A DNA stretch of 63,069 bases, from positions 1 through 63,069 of IMG/VR virus record IMGVR_UViG_3300037657_000271, one strand, 5' to 3'. The notes under the pieces were generated by a model, which had not been told where the DNA came from, searched no databases, and saw only the letters and a list, made by a program, of their open reading frames with translations. The position numbers and the translations under genes were made by a program. This DNA is from a virus. Its lineage: Duplodnaviria; Caudoviricetes. Positions 8,822 through 18,300 of this stretch are shown one piece after another; position 1 is the first letter of the stretch, and each line of letters starts with the position of its first letter.

Positions 8822-9424
8822 ATGGTCATGAATTTGGATTTAATTCTTCTGCAGAAGCACATAGGTGAAGTCCCATCGGCAAGAAGAAGGGCTCCCAGGG
8901 TTTTCAAGGACCCCAAGGGCTACCTCTTCTTCTATGGCTATACACCTGAAAGAAGGAAGGTTTTCATTCATAGGGTGGTAGCCGAGATGAAGATTGGGAG
9001 AACCCTTTTCAAAAATGAGGCGGTTCATCACGTAGACCAGGATAAGGAAAACAACTCGTGGGAAAACCTTGAAATAATGACCCGAAAGGATCATGCAAAA
9101 CATCATTCCAAAGAAATTGAATTTTGGAAAGGAAGCCCAAGACATAAAAAAGAGGAAAGAAGTATGGACCCAAAACGGGGAAAGATGACCGAGCGGTTAA
9201 TGGTACCGGGCTGTAAACCCGACACGCGAAAGCGTTACGAAGGTTCGAATCCTTTTCTTTCCAATGCAGAGGCGCTAAACGGTGACTGGGCCAGTTGTGG
9301 TGGCCGGCAGCGAATCAACGAACTCAAAAGACACCGTGACCGCCGGGAGAGACCGGCACTTAAAAGATCACCCACAGATAGGAGGCGTGGCCCCGGCCAA
9401 CGGACGGGGCGCTTGGGGGAATAG
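8822..9424 (+). CDS. HNH homing endonuclease (HNH_3-like); ORF runs through tRNA-Tyr
   Basis: KVFIHRVVAE...VHHVDQDKENNSWENLEIMTRKDHAKHH. Confidence 0.8.
   Translation: MVMNLDLILLQKHIGEVPSARRRAPRVFKDPKGYLFFYGYTPERRKVFIHRVVAEMKIGRTLFKNEAVHHVDQDKENNSWENLEIMTRKDHAKHHSKEIEFWKGSPRHKKEERSMDPKRGKMTERLMVPGCKPDTRKRYEGSNPFLSNAEALNGDWASCGGRQRINELKRHRDRRERPALKRSPTDRRRGPGQRTGRLGE
9179..9263 (+). tRNA. tRNA-Tyr(GTA), phage-encoded
   Basis: GGAAAGA/TCTTTCC acceptor stem, CTGTAAA anticodon loop, long variable arm, GGTTCGAATCC. Confidence 0.92.
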
Positions 9425-9487
9425 CTCAACTGGAAGAGTACCTGGCTCCAAACCAGGATGCTGAGGGTTCAAGTCCTTCTTCCCCCG
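9415..9487 (+). tRNA. tRNA-Trp(CCA), phage-encoded
   Basis: GGGGGAA/TTCCCCC acceptor stem, CCTGG-CTCCAAA-CCAGG anticodon arm, GGTTCAAGTCC. Confidence 0.93.
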
Positions 9488-9617
9488 ATGGTCAGCCGGT
9501 GGTATCAGGGGCCTGATACCGGCCTCAAACAACGCTAGCCCTGAAGCCGGTGTGAACCCGGCGGAAACAAAACAATGGAGGAATCATGGAAGAACAATCA
9601 AAGGTGAACAAAAAACC

Positions 9618-10103
9618 ATGACAAAACCGCTGGATTCATTCATGAGGCTTCAAAAAGCCATGACCGAAACGCATGAGCGATGGAAAAAGCCAACCCCTCT
9701 TTTCCCTTCTGCGAACATGCTTACCGGAGTGGAATCCGGTCGCGGCATCCAGGCCATTTTGGATCAGGCAAAAACCCGAAGGGATTTAATCCTGGAGAGT
9801 CTCGGGGTCGACAGTTTTTTCCGATTTCCTGAAATCTGGACTCCCCCGGAACTCTCAAAACCCCAGGAAATCCCCACCTATTCATTTCCTGCTCTCGAAG
9901 AGAAGGGGATCTTTTTTCGCCGTTGGGCAAATTTAACCATGAAGGAGAAACCCATGGAACGTACCCGTCAAAAGGAGCTCAAAGTGGTGGCCGAAAAAAT
10001 CATGGAATTGCTTTTGGAGGCCAAAGTCAAAGGGGGCGAAGGTTGCTACGTAAAACGTCTGGTCGAAAACGACTTCAATATGCTGATTGAGGCGAACGAA
10101 TGA
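9618..10103 (+). CDS. Hypothetical phage protein
   Basis: ORF in the early operon, ATGA-coupled to the next gene. Confidence 0.55.
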   Translation: MTKPLDSFMRLQKAMTETHERWKKPTPLFPSANMLTGVESGRGIQAILDQAKTRRDLILESLGVDSFFRFPEIWTPPELSKPQEIPTYSFPALEEKGIFFRRWANLTMKEKPMERTRQKELKVVAEKIMELLLEAKVKGGEGCYVKRLVENDFNMLIEANE

Positions 10104-10552
10104 ACACCAACACACTCAGCAGAGTCCCCCAGGTCGGTTGGCCCAAGACCTTCCTCATCAGAGACGGCAACTTGTATTTTGTGGTCACTTCAGATGGAAA
10201 GAAATACACTCGGGCTAAGGTTCACATCCCAATTCCTTCCCTTTCGGTGAAAAGCAGGCCACTCATTTGCGGAATGCTTACCGGTGGTCCTCTCCGAGTG
10301 GAAGCCACGGTTGAGGTCCGGAAAGGCGATGTTTTCGACCTGAAGGTCGGGATCCATCAGGCGGTCCTTGCCGCGAAAAGACGGATGGTTTCCGCCTGGG
10401 AAAGTCAGGTGCAGAAGGCCAGGAAAAATTTCCGGGGCGCGGTTTTCGCCGGCAAGATTATGAATAAGAATCCGTTTGCCAAGGATGCCATCCTTCCTCT
10501 GGCCCTTTGTCCTCCGGAAGAAAACGATTTCCACGCCGAAGAAATGGCATAA
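10100..10552 (+). CDS. Hypothetical phage protein
   Basis: Coupled ORF with GAGG RBS. Confidence 0.65.
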   Translation: MNTNTLSRVPQVGWPKTFLIRDGNLYFVVTSDGKKYTRAKVHIPIPSLSVKSRPLICGMLTGGPLRVEATVEVRKGDVFDLKVGIHQAVLAAKRRMVSAWESQVQKARKNFRGAVFAGKIMNKNPFAKDAILPLALCPPEENDFHAEEMA

Positions 10553-10577
10553 GGAGATCCGAACAACGATGTGCAAT

Positions 10578-10754
10578 TTATCGGGGGTTTATCCCAGCTT
10601 CTTCCTTCAACTGCTCAATGAAGGTTGGGATATCCGAAACATGAATTTCTATTGAGCTTTCCTCCCCCATCCCATTTTCCTGGGTAATCAGGAGAATCAT
10701 AGCCTTTTCGTCCAGCTTAAAAGTGGTTTTCATGCGGGCTTCCATAGTTTTCAT
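10578..10754 (-). CDS. Small antisense-orientation protein (58 aa)
   Basis: MKTMEARMKTTFKLDEKAMILLITQE...; GGAGG RBS; exactly fills a gap between plus-strand genes. Confidence 0.55.
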   Translation of the reverse strand: MKTMEARMKTTFKLDEKAMILLITQENGMGEESSIEIHVSDIPTFIEQLKEEAGINPR

Positions 10755-10777
10755 AAAAATTGCCTCCGGAGGTAAAT

Positions 10778-10969
10778 ATGATCGTTCAGTTTCGAAGAAT
10801 GTATGAAGTAGATCCTGAGTTTATCAAGGGTAGCGTTTTGGACCCCAAAACCGGGAAAGAATTGTTCGCATTTTCCAGGGAAACCTTTTCGACTCTAATG
10901 ACTCGGATCGAAAGAGAAATACCAGGAAAAAGCATTCTTTTCAAGAAAATTCCGTTCTCCCCAAAATAG
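10778..10969 (+). CDS. Hypothetical phage protein
   Basis: GGAGGT RBS before ATG. Confidence 0.6.
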   Translation: MIVQFRRMYEVDPEFIKGSVLDPKTGKELFAFSRETFSTLMTRIEREIPGKSILFKKIPFSPK

Positions 10970-10986
10970 CACGTCAAGGAGCAAGC

Positions 10987-11211
10987 ATGGAGACTAACGC
11001 CAAGGACAAAAATGGGATCCAAACCGGAACCCTTTCCAATGAAGAGAAAGCCAATAGATTGTTGGCGCTCGGCATGCTCATGAAGGTGGCCGGGATCGAC
11101 GATCAAACCATCTCCGGTGAAGTCGGAATCCGGGTTGCCCCAATCGTTTATGGAAAGCATTTCATATGGTCCCAGATTTGGAACCTTGCCCTCGATACCC
11201 TCGAAAAATGA
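10987..11211 (+). CDS. Hypothetical phage protein
   Basis: AAGGAG RBS. Confidence 0.6.
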   Translation: METNAKDKNGIQTGTLSNEEKANRLLALGMLMKVAGIDDQTISGEVGIRVAPIVYGKHFIWSQIWNLALDTLEK

Positions 11212-11261
11212 ATCCCTGGGCTTCAGATTGCCCGGGGGAAACCTCCACACAGGAGACCCAC

Positions 11262-12386
11262 ATGGAAACCCAAAAATCCAATAACACCAAGGCTTTAGCA
11301 GGCAACATTCAGACGGTCCGCAATTTGCTGATTAAAATGAAAACGCAAATTGCCATGGCCCTCCCGAAACATCTGGACGTGGATCGCGTCATTCGTGTGG
11401 CGCTGACTTCCGTTAACCAAAACCCCCTCCTCTTGGAATGCACTCAAAAAAGTCTGATTGGAGCGATTGTTCAAAGCGCTCAGCTTGGCCTGGAAGTAGA
11501 CGGAATCCTTGGGCAAGCCTCCTTGGTTCCTTTCTGGAATTCCAAGAAAGGATGCCGGGAAGTTCAATTAATTCCAGGATACAAGGGCCTGATTTCCTTG
11601 GCCCGCCGGTCCGGGCTGGTTGAAGCCATCTATGCCCAGGTGGTTTATGAAAAGGAAAAATTTGAACTGGTCTACGGCATGGACCGGAAGTTGATCCATG
11701 TTCCCTTGCCGCCGAAGGAACGGGGAGCCGAAAAAAAGGGGGTGTATGCCGTTGCTTGCCTCAAAGATGGTACCAAACACTGGGAATTCCTTTGGGCAGA
11801 CGAAGCTGAGGAAGTGAAGCAATTTGCCCTCAAGTCAAACAAACGTCCGGGTATGTCCCCCTGGAACACCCACGAGGACGATATGTGGCGAAAAACGGCT
11901 ATTCGCCGGCTGTCCAAGTATTTGCCCCTTTCTCCCGAATTTCAGAAAGCCGCTTTCATTGATGAACAGGCCGACGCCGGGATTATGCATGATTTGGATG
12001 TCGGATCCATTGAAACCGAACTGGACACCGATCCACCCGATCCGCCTCATGCCCCGACCGACTCTCCGGAAGATTCTCCGGAAAATTCTTCGGAAAATTT
12101 CTCCACGTCTTTGGAACCTGAGTCAGAGCCCAACTCGACCGCATCCACCGCCACTGTTTCCCCCAAATTCACCTCGAGTACTCAAGAAACCAGTAAAAGC
12201 AGTAATCAAGGCAACGGTTCCTTTCCGTCGACTCTCGAAGAGGTCTTTCAAAACGCTGCTTTGTCCTTGCCTGCCATGGAAATCAGAGACTCCATGAAAA
12301 TGTCCTGGGGTCAACTCCGGGCCGATTCGGTAAAGCTTCAAGAATTCCTTTCCAAACTCCAACAACGGACGGAGGTGGCGGCATGA
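11262..12386 (+). CDS. recT: RecT-family single-strand annealing protein
   Basis: ALPKHLDVDRVIR..NPLLLECTQKSL..AQLGLE..LVPF..VQLIPGYKGLISLARRSG..MWRKTAIRRLSKYLPLS. Confidence 0.95.
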   Translation: METQKSNNTKALAGNIQTVRNLLIKMKTQIAMALPKHLDVDRVIRVALTSVNQNPLLLECTQKSLIGAIVQSAQLGLEVDGILGQASLVPFWNSKKGCREVQLIPGYKGLISLARRSGLVEAIYAQVVYEKEKFELVYGMDRKLIHVPLPPKERGAEKKGVYAVACLKDGTKHWEFLWADEAEEVKQFALKSNKRPGMSPWNTHEDDMWRKTAIRRLSKYLPLSPEFQKAAFIDEQADAGIMHDLDVGSIETELDTDPPDPPHAPTDSPEDSPENSSENFSTSLEPESEPNSTASTATVSPKFTSSTQETSKSSNQGNGSFPSTLEEVFQNAALSLPAMEIRDSMKMSWGQLRADSVKLQEFLSKLQQRTEVAA

Positions 12387-14245
12387 TTACCAACGTCTCA
12401 ACCAAGAATTTCCGTGGCCGCGAAGCCCTTTCCCTCAACCTCTTTGCCCGTACCAACCTCAAAGGGCCTTCCGGATCGGGAAAGAGCCTGATTCGGCACG
12501 CGATTGAAATTTCCCTGTCCGGTCACGCCGGAACCGGAAAAAAGCCCTCCGCCATTCTGGCCATGGCAACGGATGCCTCTTGCGAAATTTCTATCCAGGC
12601 CGGTGACCACATTCTGACCAGAACCTTTGAGGCCAACGGCACGGAGGGAAAGCAGTCCATCATTCTGAACGGTTTCAAAACCGACGTGAAGAAGCTGAGT
12701 CTCCCCGCCGATTTGGCCATTCCCACGGAGGGGATTCACCCCTCGGAATTCCTGGGACTCTCGGGTGACAAACGGGCGGAGTGGTTGTTTTCCGCTTTGT
12801 CCTCGGATACCGCAACTATGACGATCGGCCCGAAAGATTTTCCGAAGCCGCCGGCATGGCTGAAGGGGGTCATGCCGTTCGCTCAATTTTTTGCGGAGTT
12901 GGACAAGCGCTTAAAAGCCGATGCCGAGGAAGAAAAACGATGTCTGGCTAACCTCCAGCGACTTATGGGAATCGCAGAAGATCTCCCGGCCGGAACCGAA
13001 TCGGAGTGGCGGGAAAAATTGGCCGTCGCCGAAAAGGCCCTGGACACCGCTATCAAGGAACATGCGGGGGCGGAAAAGATGAAAGAGATGGCTTCCGTGA
13101 AGGAAGACCATATCAAGAATCTCAACACCGACATCAACCTCACCGCCTTGAAAATCCACAAAACGCAAGACAAAATTGACCTCTCCCGGAAACGGCTGGA
13201 AACTGCTTTTGATGAGCTGGTTGAGTTGGGCCTGGAAGCCAGATCCCCGACTGGTGAGGTTGAGCGGATTGAGCGCGAAACATCCAATGCTCGGAACGAA
13301 CTGGCCGCCAAGAACGCTCAAATGGAAAACCTGGAACACCGGCTGGAGAAGCTGAAAGGCGGAATTTGCCCGATCTGCGAAACCGCCGTTTCCAACCTAA
13401 AGCCCATCCTGGGGGAAATGGAATTCGAGTTGAAAGGCCTTCAGGGACAAACTCACGTTTTATCTGATCGGCTGACACGTCTTCTTTCTGATCAGAACAA
13501 ATTTAGACGCGGTATTGATCTCCAAAAAGAAATCAAGGACATCGAGCTTGCCATCAAGGTGGATTCCGATGGGTTGAAATCATACAAGAAAACCTTGGAG
13601 CGCTTTGAAGACGGACTTAAGGTGGCCCGGGAATCCTTCCAGGGCATACCTGACCTGAGCAAATACGAGAAAACCGAGGAGGCCGCCCGTCAGAAGAAAA
13701 GCACCATCGCGGAAACCCTGGCCAAATTCACCGCTCTTTCTGGTGTCCGGACCCAGAAAGCAAAAGCCGAGGCCGACCGCTCCAAGCTGGTCGACGCCAT
13801 TTCCCTTGGAAAAGAGTTGAAGTCTCAGGCCAAAGACATTCGGAACAAAAGACTGGAAAATCTTGTGTCTCCCTTCCGCCTTCCGCTGGAGAAGCTGGTA
13901 GCAGAATGTTTCCCCGGCAATGTCGCCTATTTGGAACTGTTCGATTCCAAGGAGAACATTTCCCTGGATTTTGGCCTTGAGGCGGGAAAGAAACGTCGAT
14001 CTTTCGAAGTGCTCTCCGGCGGAGAGCGGGCGGTTTTTCTGGCCGCGGTGATTGGAGCCATCCAAACCATTCGTTGCGGTTCTCCGAAACTCTGTCTGGC
14101 CGAGTTGGCGGAAGCTGATGACAACCTTTTTCAGCGTTTCTCCCTCGCCGTGGAAAAGATCGGATTCGAGCAGGTTATCATAGCCAGTTGCCACGGCAAA
14201 GATCTACCTGGTTGGATTAACATCGATATGGGAGCCGTCGCATGA
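12383..14245 (+). CDS. Rad50/SbcC-like ABC ATPase with coiled coil and zinc hook
   Basis: Walker A GPSGSGKS, central CPIC within a coiled coil, LSGGE signature. Confidence 0.8.
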   Translation: MITNVSTKNFRGREALSLNLFARTNLKGPSGSGKSLIRHAIEISLSGHAGTGKKPSAILAMATDASCEISIQAGDHILTRTFEANGTEGKQSIILNGFKTDVKKLSLPADLAIPTEGIHPSEFLGLSGDKRAEWLFSALSSDTATMTIGPKDFPKPPAWLKGVMPFAQFFAELDKRLKADAEEEKRCLANLQRLMGIAEDLPAGTESEWREKLAVAEKALDTAIKEHAGAEKMKEMASVKEDHIKNLNTDINLTALKIHKTQDKIDLSRKRLETAFDELVELGLEARSPTGEVERIERETSNARNELAAKNAQMENLEHRLEKLKGGICPICETAVSNLKPILGEMEFELKGLQGQTHVLSDRLTRLLSDQNKFRRGIDLQKEIKDIELAIKVDSDGLKSYKKTLERFEDGLKVARESFQGIPDLSKYEKTEEAARQKKSTIAETLAKFTALSGVRTQKAKAEADRSKLVDAISLGKELKSQAKDIRNKRLENLVSPFRLPLEKLVAECFPGNVAYLELFDSKENISLDFGLEAGKKRRSFEVLSGGERAVFLAAVIGAIQTIRCGSPKLCLAELAEADDNLFQRFSLAVEKIGFEQVIIASCHGKDLPGWINIDMGAVA

Positions 14246-15972
14246 CCATGACCCCAGCGCAAGTAAAGGCCATTGAGAGCATGGCTCCTGCAATTTCCGT
14301 GATAGCGGGGGCCGGCTCCGGGAAAACCCGGGTCATGGTAGAACACGTTCGGCGCTTACTGGAAAAGGGGGCGTTTCCTGAGGAAATTCTGGTTTTGACG
14401 TTCACGCGAAAAGCCGGAAACGAACTGAAAGACCGCCTCCTTCAACTCCCTCACATGGACCCCCACACGGTTCGACGGATCTGGTGTGGCACTTTTCACG
14501 CGATTTCCTACCGGATTTTGCGCCAATATGGTGCTCAGATCGGATACAAGAACAACGAGGATGAACAGATCACCATCGTTTCCCCGGAAGATGCGGAAAT
14601 GGTCTGGAAGATGGCGGTTGCCGCATACGGGAAAAAGATTCCGGTCAGGGAACTGGAAAATGCCAGGCTGGAATATGCCCATCGTGGCACCCAGCCGGAA
14701 GACTTGGATTTCAAGCGTATCTTCTCGGATTACCGTTCCCGCTTGCGCGAATGCAATGCACTTGATTTTGACCTTCTCCTTTTGGAGGTGTTTCGCCTCT
14801 TCGATCAGTATCCGCCTGCTCTTGAGTATTTTCGTGTCCGTTTCAAATACGTCCTGGTAGACGAGTATCAGGACACCGACACCGTTCAATACAATTTGCA
14901 TGAACGGATTGGGCCCCAGCATCTTTTCGCTGTGGGAGACCCCCGGCAGAGCATTTACTCCTTTCGCGGCGCGGAAGTCTCCATCATTGAGAACTTTCAA
15001 AAAGATCACCCGGGAGGGGAGCTCCTTCATTTGGCGGAATGCTTCCGTTGTGGGAAACCCATTGTTAAAGCCGCCAACAAACTGATTGCTCACAACGGGC
15101 CGTTCGAACCCATGGTTCCAATGATTGAAGACGGAAAAACTGAAGTTTATCCAGGGGGCCCGCTGGAAATTGCTCAATTCCTGGATAACAAAACCACGGA
15201 TAATTGGAATCAAATTGCCGTTATTGCCAGGACTCACCGTGTCCTGCAGAACGTGGAAATGTTTCTTACTCGGAAGGGAATTCCGGTGAATCGGATCGGA
15301 AAAGCCACTGCCGGGTTGGAGGATTCCTACGAGTGGAAAAATATCCACCGGCTGCTCAAACTGGCTGCCAACAAATATGATTCTATTGCCTTTTTGGCTG
15401 CCAGGAAAACGCTGGGCATTACCGACGAAGCTCTGGAGGAAATCCGTCATCTGGCAATCGCAAACGGGGAATGTTTGCGGGATTCATTTCGTCGGTTTGT
15501 GTTTCCCCCGGGGGAAGGAGTTTTCTGGCAGACCATTTTCGGCAATCTTTTTGACCGTGAAGACATTGCCAATCTTCCCGTTCTCACCGCCATCCAGGGC
15601 ATTTACCTGTCTCTACCGCTTCTCTATTCCAAAGAATTTGACGCCCAGCTTGCGGAATACATTCGTTCCGCCGGCATGGAGGACGCCACCGTAAAAAATT
15701 GGCTTGAATGGGTGGCAACGCGGGATATTCATTCCGAGTTGGAGAAGAAGGAAACACCAAACGCCGTCACCTTGATCACCGCCCACGCTTCTAAGGGTTT
15801 GGAGTGGGAGTGGGTCATTCTCGCCGGTTTCGATGAGGGGCTTTTCCCTTCCCGCGGGGAAATCAACGAGGAACGCCGTCTAGCCTATGTTGCCATGACA
15901 AGAGCCCGGGCCAGGCTGACGGTTTTCACCGAAAAGAGACCCAGCCGGTTTATTGAGGAGGCAGAGCTGTGA
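14242..15972 (+). CDS. UvrD/PcrA-family SF1 helicase
   Basis: AGAGSGKT, LTFTRKA, GTFH, VDEYQD, VGDPRQSIYSFRGA, TAHASKGLEW, EERRLAYVAMTRA. Confidence 0.95.
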   Translation: MTMTPAQVKAIESMAPAISVIAGAGSGKTRVMVEHVRRLLEKGAFPEEILVLTFTRKAGNELKDRLLQLPHMDPHTVRRIWCGTFHAISYRILRQYGAQIGYKNNEDEQITIVSPEDAEMVWKMAVAAYGKKIPVRELENARLEYAHRGTQPEDLDFKRIFSDYRSRLRECNALDFDLLLLEVFRLFDQYPPALEYFRVRFKYVLVDEYQDTDTVQYNLHERIGPQHLFAVGDPRQSIYSFRGAEVSIIENFQKDHPGGELLHLAECFRCGKPIVKAANKLIAHNGPFEPMVPMIEDGKTEVYPGGPLEIAQFLDNKTTDNWNQIAVIARTHRVLQNVEMFLTRKGIPVNRIGKATAGLEDSYEWKNIHRLLKLAANKYDSIAFLAARKTLGITDEALEEIRHLAIANGECLRDSFRRFVFPPGEGVFWQTIFGNLFDREDIANLPVLTAIQGIYLSLPLLYSKEFDAQLAEYIRSAGMEDATVKNWLEWVATRDIHSELEKKETPNAVTLITAHASKGLEWEWVILAGFDEGLFPSRGEINEERRLAYVAMTRARARLTVFTEKRPSRFIEEAEL

Positions 15973-16379
15973 TTAAGGAAAAAGCCATTGTGGCGTTTGC
16001 CCATCGTGCGACGGTTGAAATGAACAACTTTGGTATTTCTCTTGATGATGAGTTTTTTGCACTTCGGAATGCACTTCTGAACGAAAAAACTCCCACCCCA
16101 AAGGTTTCAAATCCGAACCGAATCCCTTATAAGTCTTTTCTGGTGGGACTTTTCAGAGAAGAAAAAACGGCCTTTCGCAAGAAGGCTGTGCTTGTCTATC
16201 GGGCCTATGTTCGGGATTATCAACCGGGTTGGCAAGGTTTTATCGGAACGTTCAAGGTTTCGGCCAGAACTGGTGATGAAGCGAAAAGAATCGCAATAAC
16301 ACACGCAAAGGAAGATCGGCTTTCCGAGCTTGAAATGCTTCCATTCCCCGGCATGACAGTTATCACGGAAAAATTATGA
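15969..16379 (+). CDS. Hypothetical phage protein
   Basis: GTGA-coupled ORF. Confidence 0.6.
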   Translation: MIKEKAIVAFAHRATVEMNNFGISLDDEFFALRNALLNEKTPTPKVSNPNRIPYKSFLVGLFREEKTAFRKKAVLVYRAYVRDYQPGWQGFIGTFKVSARTGDEAKRIAITHAKEDRLSELEMLPFPGMTVITEKL

Positions 16380-16484
16380 GAAAGTTCATTTTCTGGTTCT
16401 GCCTGTTCCTCCAGGTCTTCGGATTCGCCAAGTTTTCTTGGCTGTGGGTTGCTCTGGCCTATTCCTGGTATCCGGAGGACAAAA

Positions 16485-17027
16485 ATGAAAGCAAGTAGCC
16501 TGCTGGTGCTCATCTTCTTTCTTGGGGCGTCCTCTCTTAACGGGCAGACCGTCTCCTATCGCGGCCAGGGCATTATCTATTGCGCGTCCTTTACCGCCCC
16601 GCTACCTGTGGTCATCCATAACGATTCCCCGAACGACCTTTGGATTAAGCGAGACGGTAAAATCGTTGCCCAGCTTCCCATCGAAGCCCCAAATGCGAAG
16701 AAGCTGGAGGGGCAACCCTATGGCCCGCCGCCGACAAATGGATCTATCGTTAGTCTTCAGACGATAAAGGCGGCTGCTTTCGAGGTAATAAAAGAACAAC
16801 TTGGGACCGTATTCATACGGCAGGATACGGTTTTTCAGCAAATTTATGAAAACAAAATCATCAGCAAGCGAACAGTTGAATTCCCCGGACACAACGAAAA
16901 ATACGTCCTTTTCGATTGGACGCTTATCGCGACCGCTTGGCTGGCGGTGTATATGTCCCGTCTGTTGGGGTGGATTTATCATGCCTATCAGGTTGGTTGC
17001 TACCTGAGCAGGAGTCCAAAATCATGA
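16485..17027 (+). CDS. Exported/membrane protein
   Basis: GGAGG RBS, N-terminal signal peptide, C-terminal hydrophobic helix. Confidence 0.65.
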   Translation: MKASSLLVLIFFLGASSLNGQTVSYRGQGIIYCASFTAPLPVVIHNDSPNDLWIKRDGKIVAQLPIEAPNAKKLEGQPYGPPPTNGSIVSLQTIKAAAFEVIKEQLGTVFIRQDTVFQQIYENKIISKRTVEFPGHNEKYVLFDWTLIATAWLAVYMSRLLGWIYHAYQVGCYLSRSPKS

Positions 17028-17500
17028 GCCACACAACAATTTGGAGAGTTTATAAAACCAAGGCCAGACCAGCAAAGGAATTTTCAAATTCATGGCGTTC
17101 TGCCCCTCCGTTGTGGGATTTCATGGCAAAAAAATACCTCGGTTGGGATTCTTGGTTTGGGCGCACGTCAGAGTTGCAAAAGCTGTGGGATTTGTGCGGA
17201 GACGAACGGGTTCCCGAACACTTCCGCCTGACTATGCAGATGACAATGGACCGGGTTTTTGTTCGGTGTGATCGTGTGATAGAGGTGGCCAAAGCCATGA
17301 CACAAGTCGGGAATGAACTTCCCATCTCAAATCATTGGCGGGGAATTGCGGCTTTTTTGGAAAACGAAAAACCAGCGCCGCGGCAACTTGGCTGGGGGAT
17401 AGGTTGCACTTCTGTAAGCGATCCCTGGGGGGGGGAATTTAAGGGAAATTGTACGGAAATCAAATTCGGAAACAAAGATATCGGGGGTAAAAAACGATGA
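17024..17500 (+). CDS. Hypothetical phage protein
   Basis: ATGA-coupled, AGGAG RBS. Confidence 0.65.
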   Translation: MSHTTIWRVYKTKARPAKEFSNSWRSAPPLWDFMAKKYLGWDSWFGRTSELQKLWDLCGDERVPEHFRLTMQMTMDRVFVRCDRVIEVAKAMTQVGNELPISNHWRGIAAFLENEKPAPRQLGWGIGCTSVSDPWGGEFKGNCTEIKFGNKDIGGKKR

Positions 17501-18300
17501 ACACAACCCAAATCGAAGTTGCCCTCCTTCGGAAATTCCCCGCGCCGGAATATGCCACCATTCTTCAGGTCCGAAGCAGTACGGGAGCATCATGGCAAAT
17601 CCGAACCGCAGATGTGATTTCCATGAGCTTGTGGCCTTCTCGTGGACTTGAACTGACCGGCTTCGAAATCAAGGCTTCCCGAACTGACTGGCTGAAGGAG
17701 CTGAAAGAAGCCGCGAAAGCAGAACGCATCTATAAATACTGCGACCGTTGGTATCTGGTTGTGGGAGACAAGTCCATTGTTCAACCCGGTGAACTTCCAC
17801 CAACCTGGGGACTGATGATCCCCCGCGGGGAAAACCTGATCGTTTCCGTGGAAGCTCCAAAACTTGAACCCGTACAGATTTCTCGGGTGTTTTTGGCTGC
17901 GCTCATCCGCCGGATCACCTCTGGCCAGAGCGTTTCAGGCGAAATGATGGAGCAAATAAGGAAATCGGAGCACTCTCGGGCAAAAGCGGCCCTGGATAAA
18001 GTTATTGATCAATTCAAAGAGACCGTTCGAAAGGACTTCAATCGCGAAAACGACCTCCTGAAAGAAGCCATCAAGGAATTTGAAGATCGATCTGGAATAA
18101 AATTTCAACCGTGGGAAATGGGCAGAATCGGAATGGCGGTCCACATCATTCGAAAAAAAGGCGTTTCCGAGGTCCTGAAAAGCCTGAACAACATTTCATC
18201 AGCCATGGACAGCTTCCGAACTCAAACGGAGGAGGCAACCAAGGCCCTGACCGTATCGTTACAGGAAAACAAGCTGGAGGAGGAAAATCACTTTGCCTAA
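17497..18300 (+). CDS. MmcB-like PD-(D/E)xK nuclease-fold protein
   Basis: RTADVISMSLWPSRGLELTGFEIKASRTDWLKEL..KAE..YCDRWYLV. Confidence 0.75.
   Translation: MNTTQIEVALLRKFPAPEYATILQVRSSTGASWQIRTADVISMSLWPSRGLELTGFEIKASRTDWLKELKEAAKAERIYKYCDRWYLVVGDKSIVQPGELPPTWGLMIPRGENLIVSVEAPKLEPVQISRVFLAALIRRITSGQSVSGEMMEQIRKSEHSRAKAALDKVIDQFKETVRKDFNRENDLLKEAIKEFEDRSGIKFQPWEMGRIGMAVHIIRKKGVSEVLKSLNNISSAMDSFRTQTEEATKALTVSLQENKLEEENHFA

Noticed and set aside
8822-9424. IscB/HEARO-type RNA-guided nuclease (HNH beside structured RNA)
   Set aside because: The protein is a short HNH_3-type domain with no PLMP or RuvC motifs, and the nearest RNAs are tRNAs
12060-12104. 12-bp tandem repeats in recT
   Set aside because: They encode a low-complexity SPED/SPEN/SSEN linker in the disordered tail
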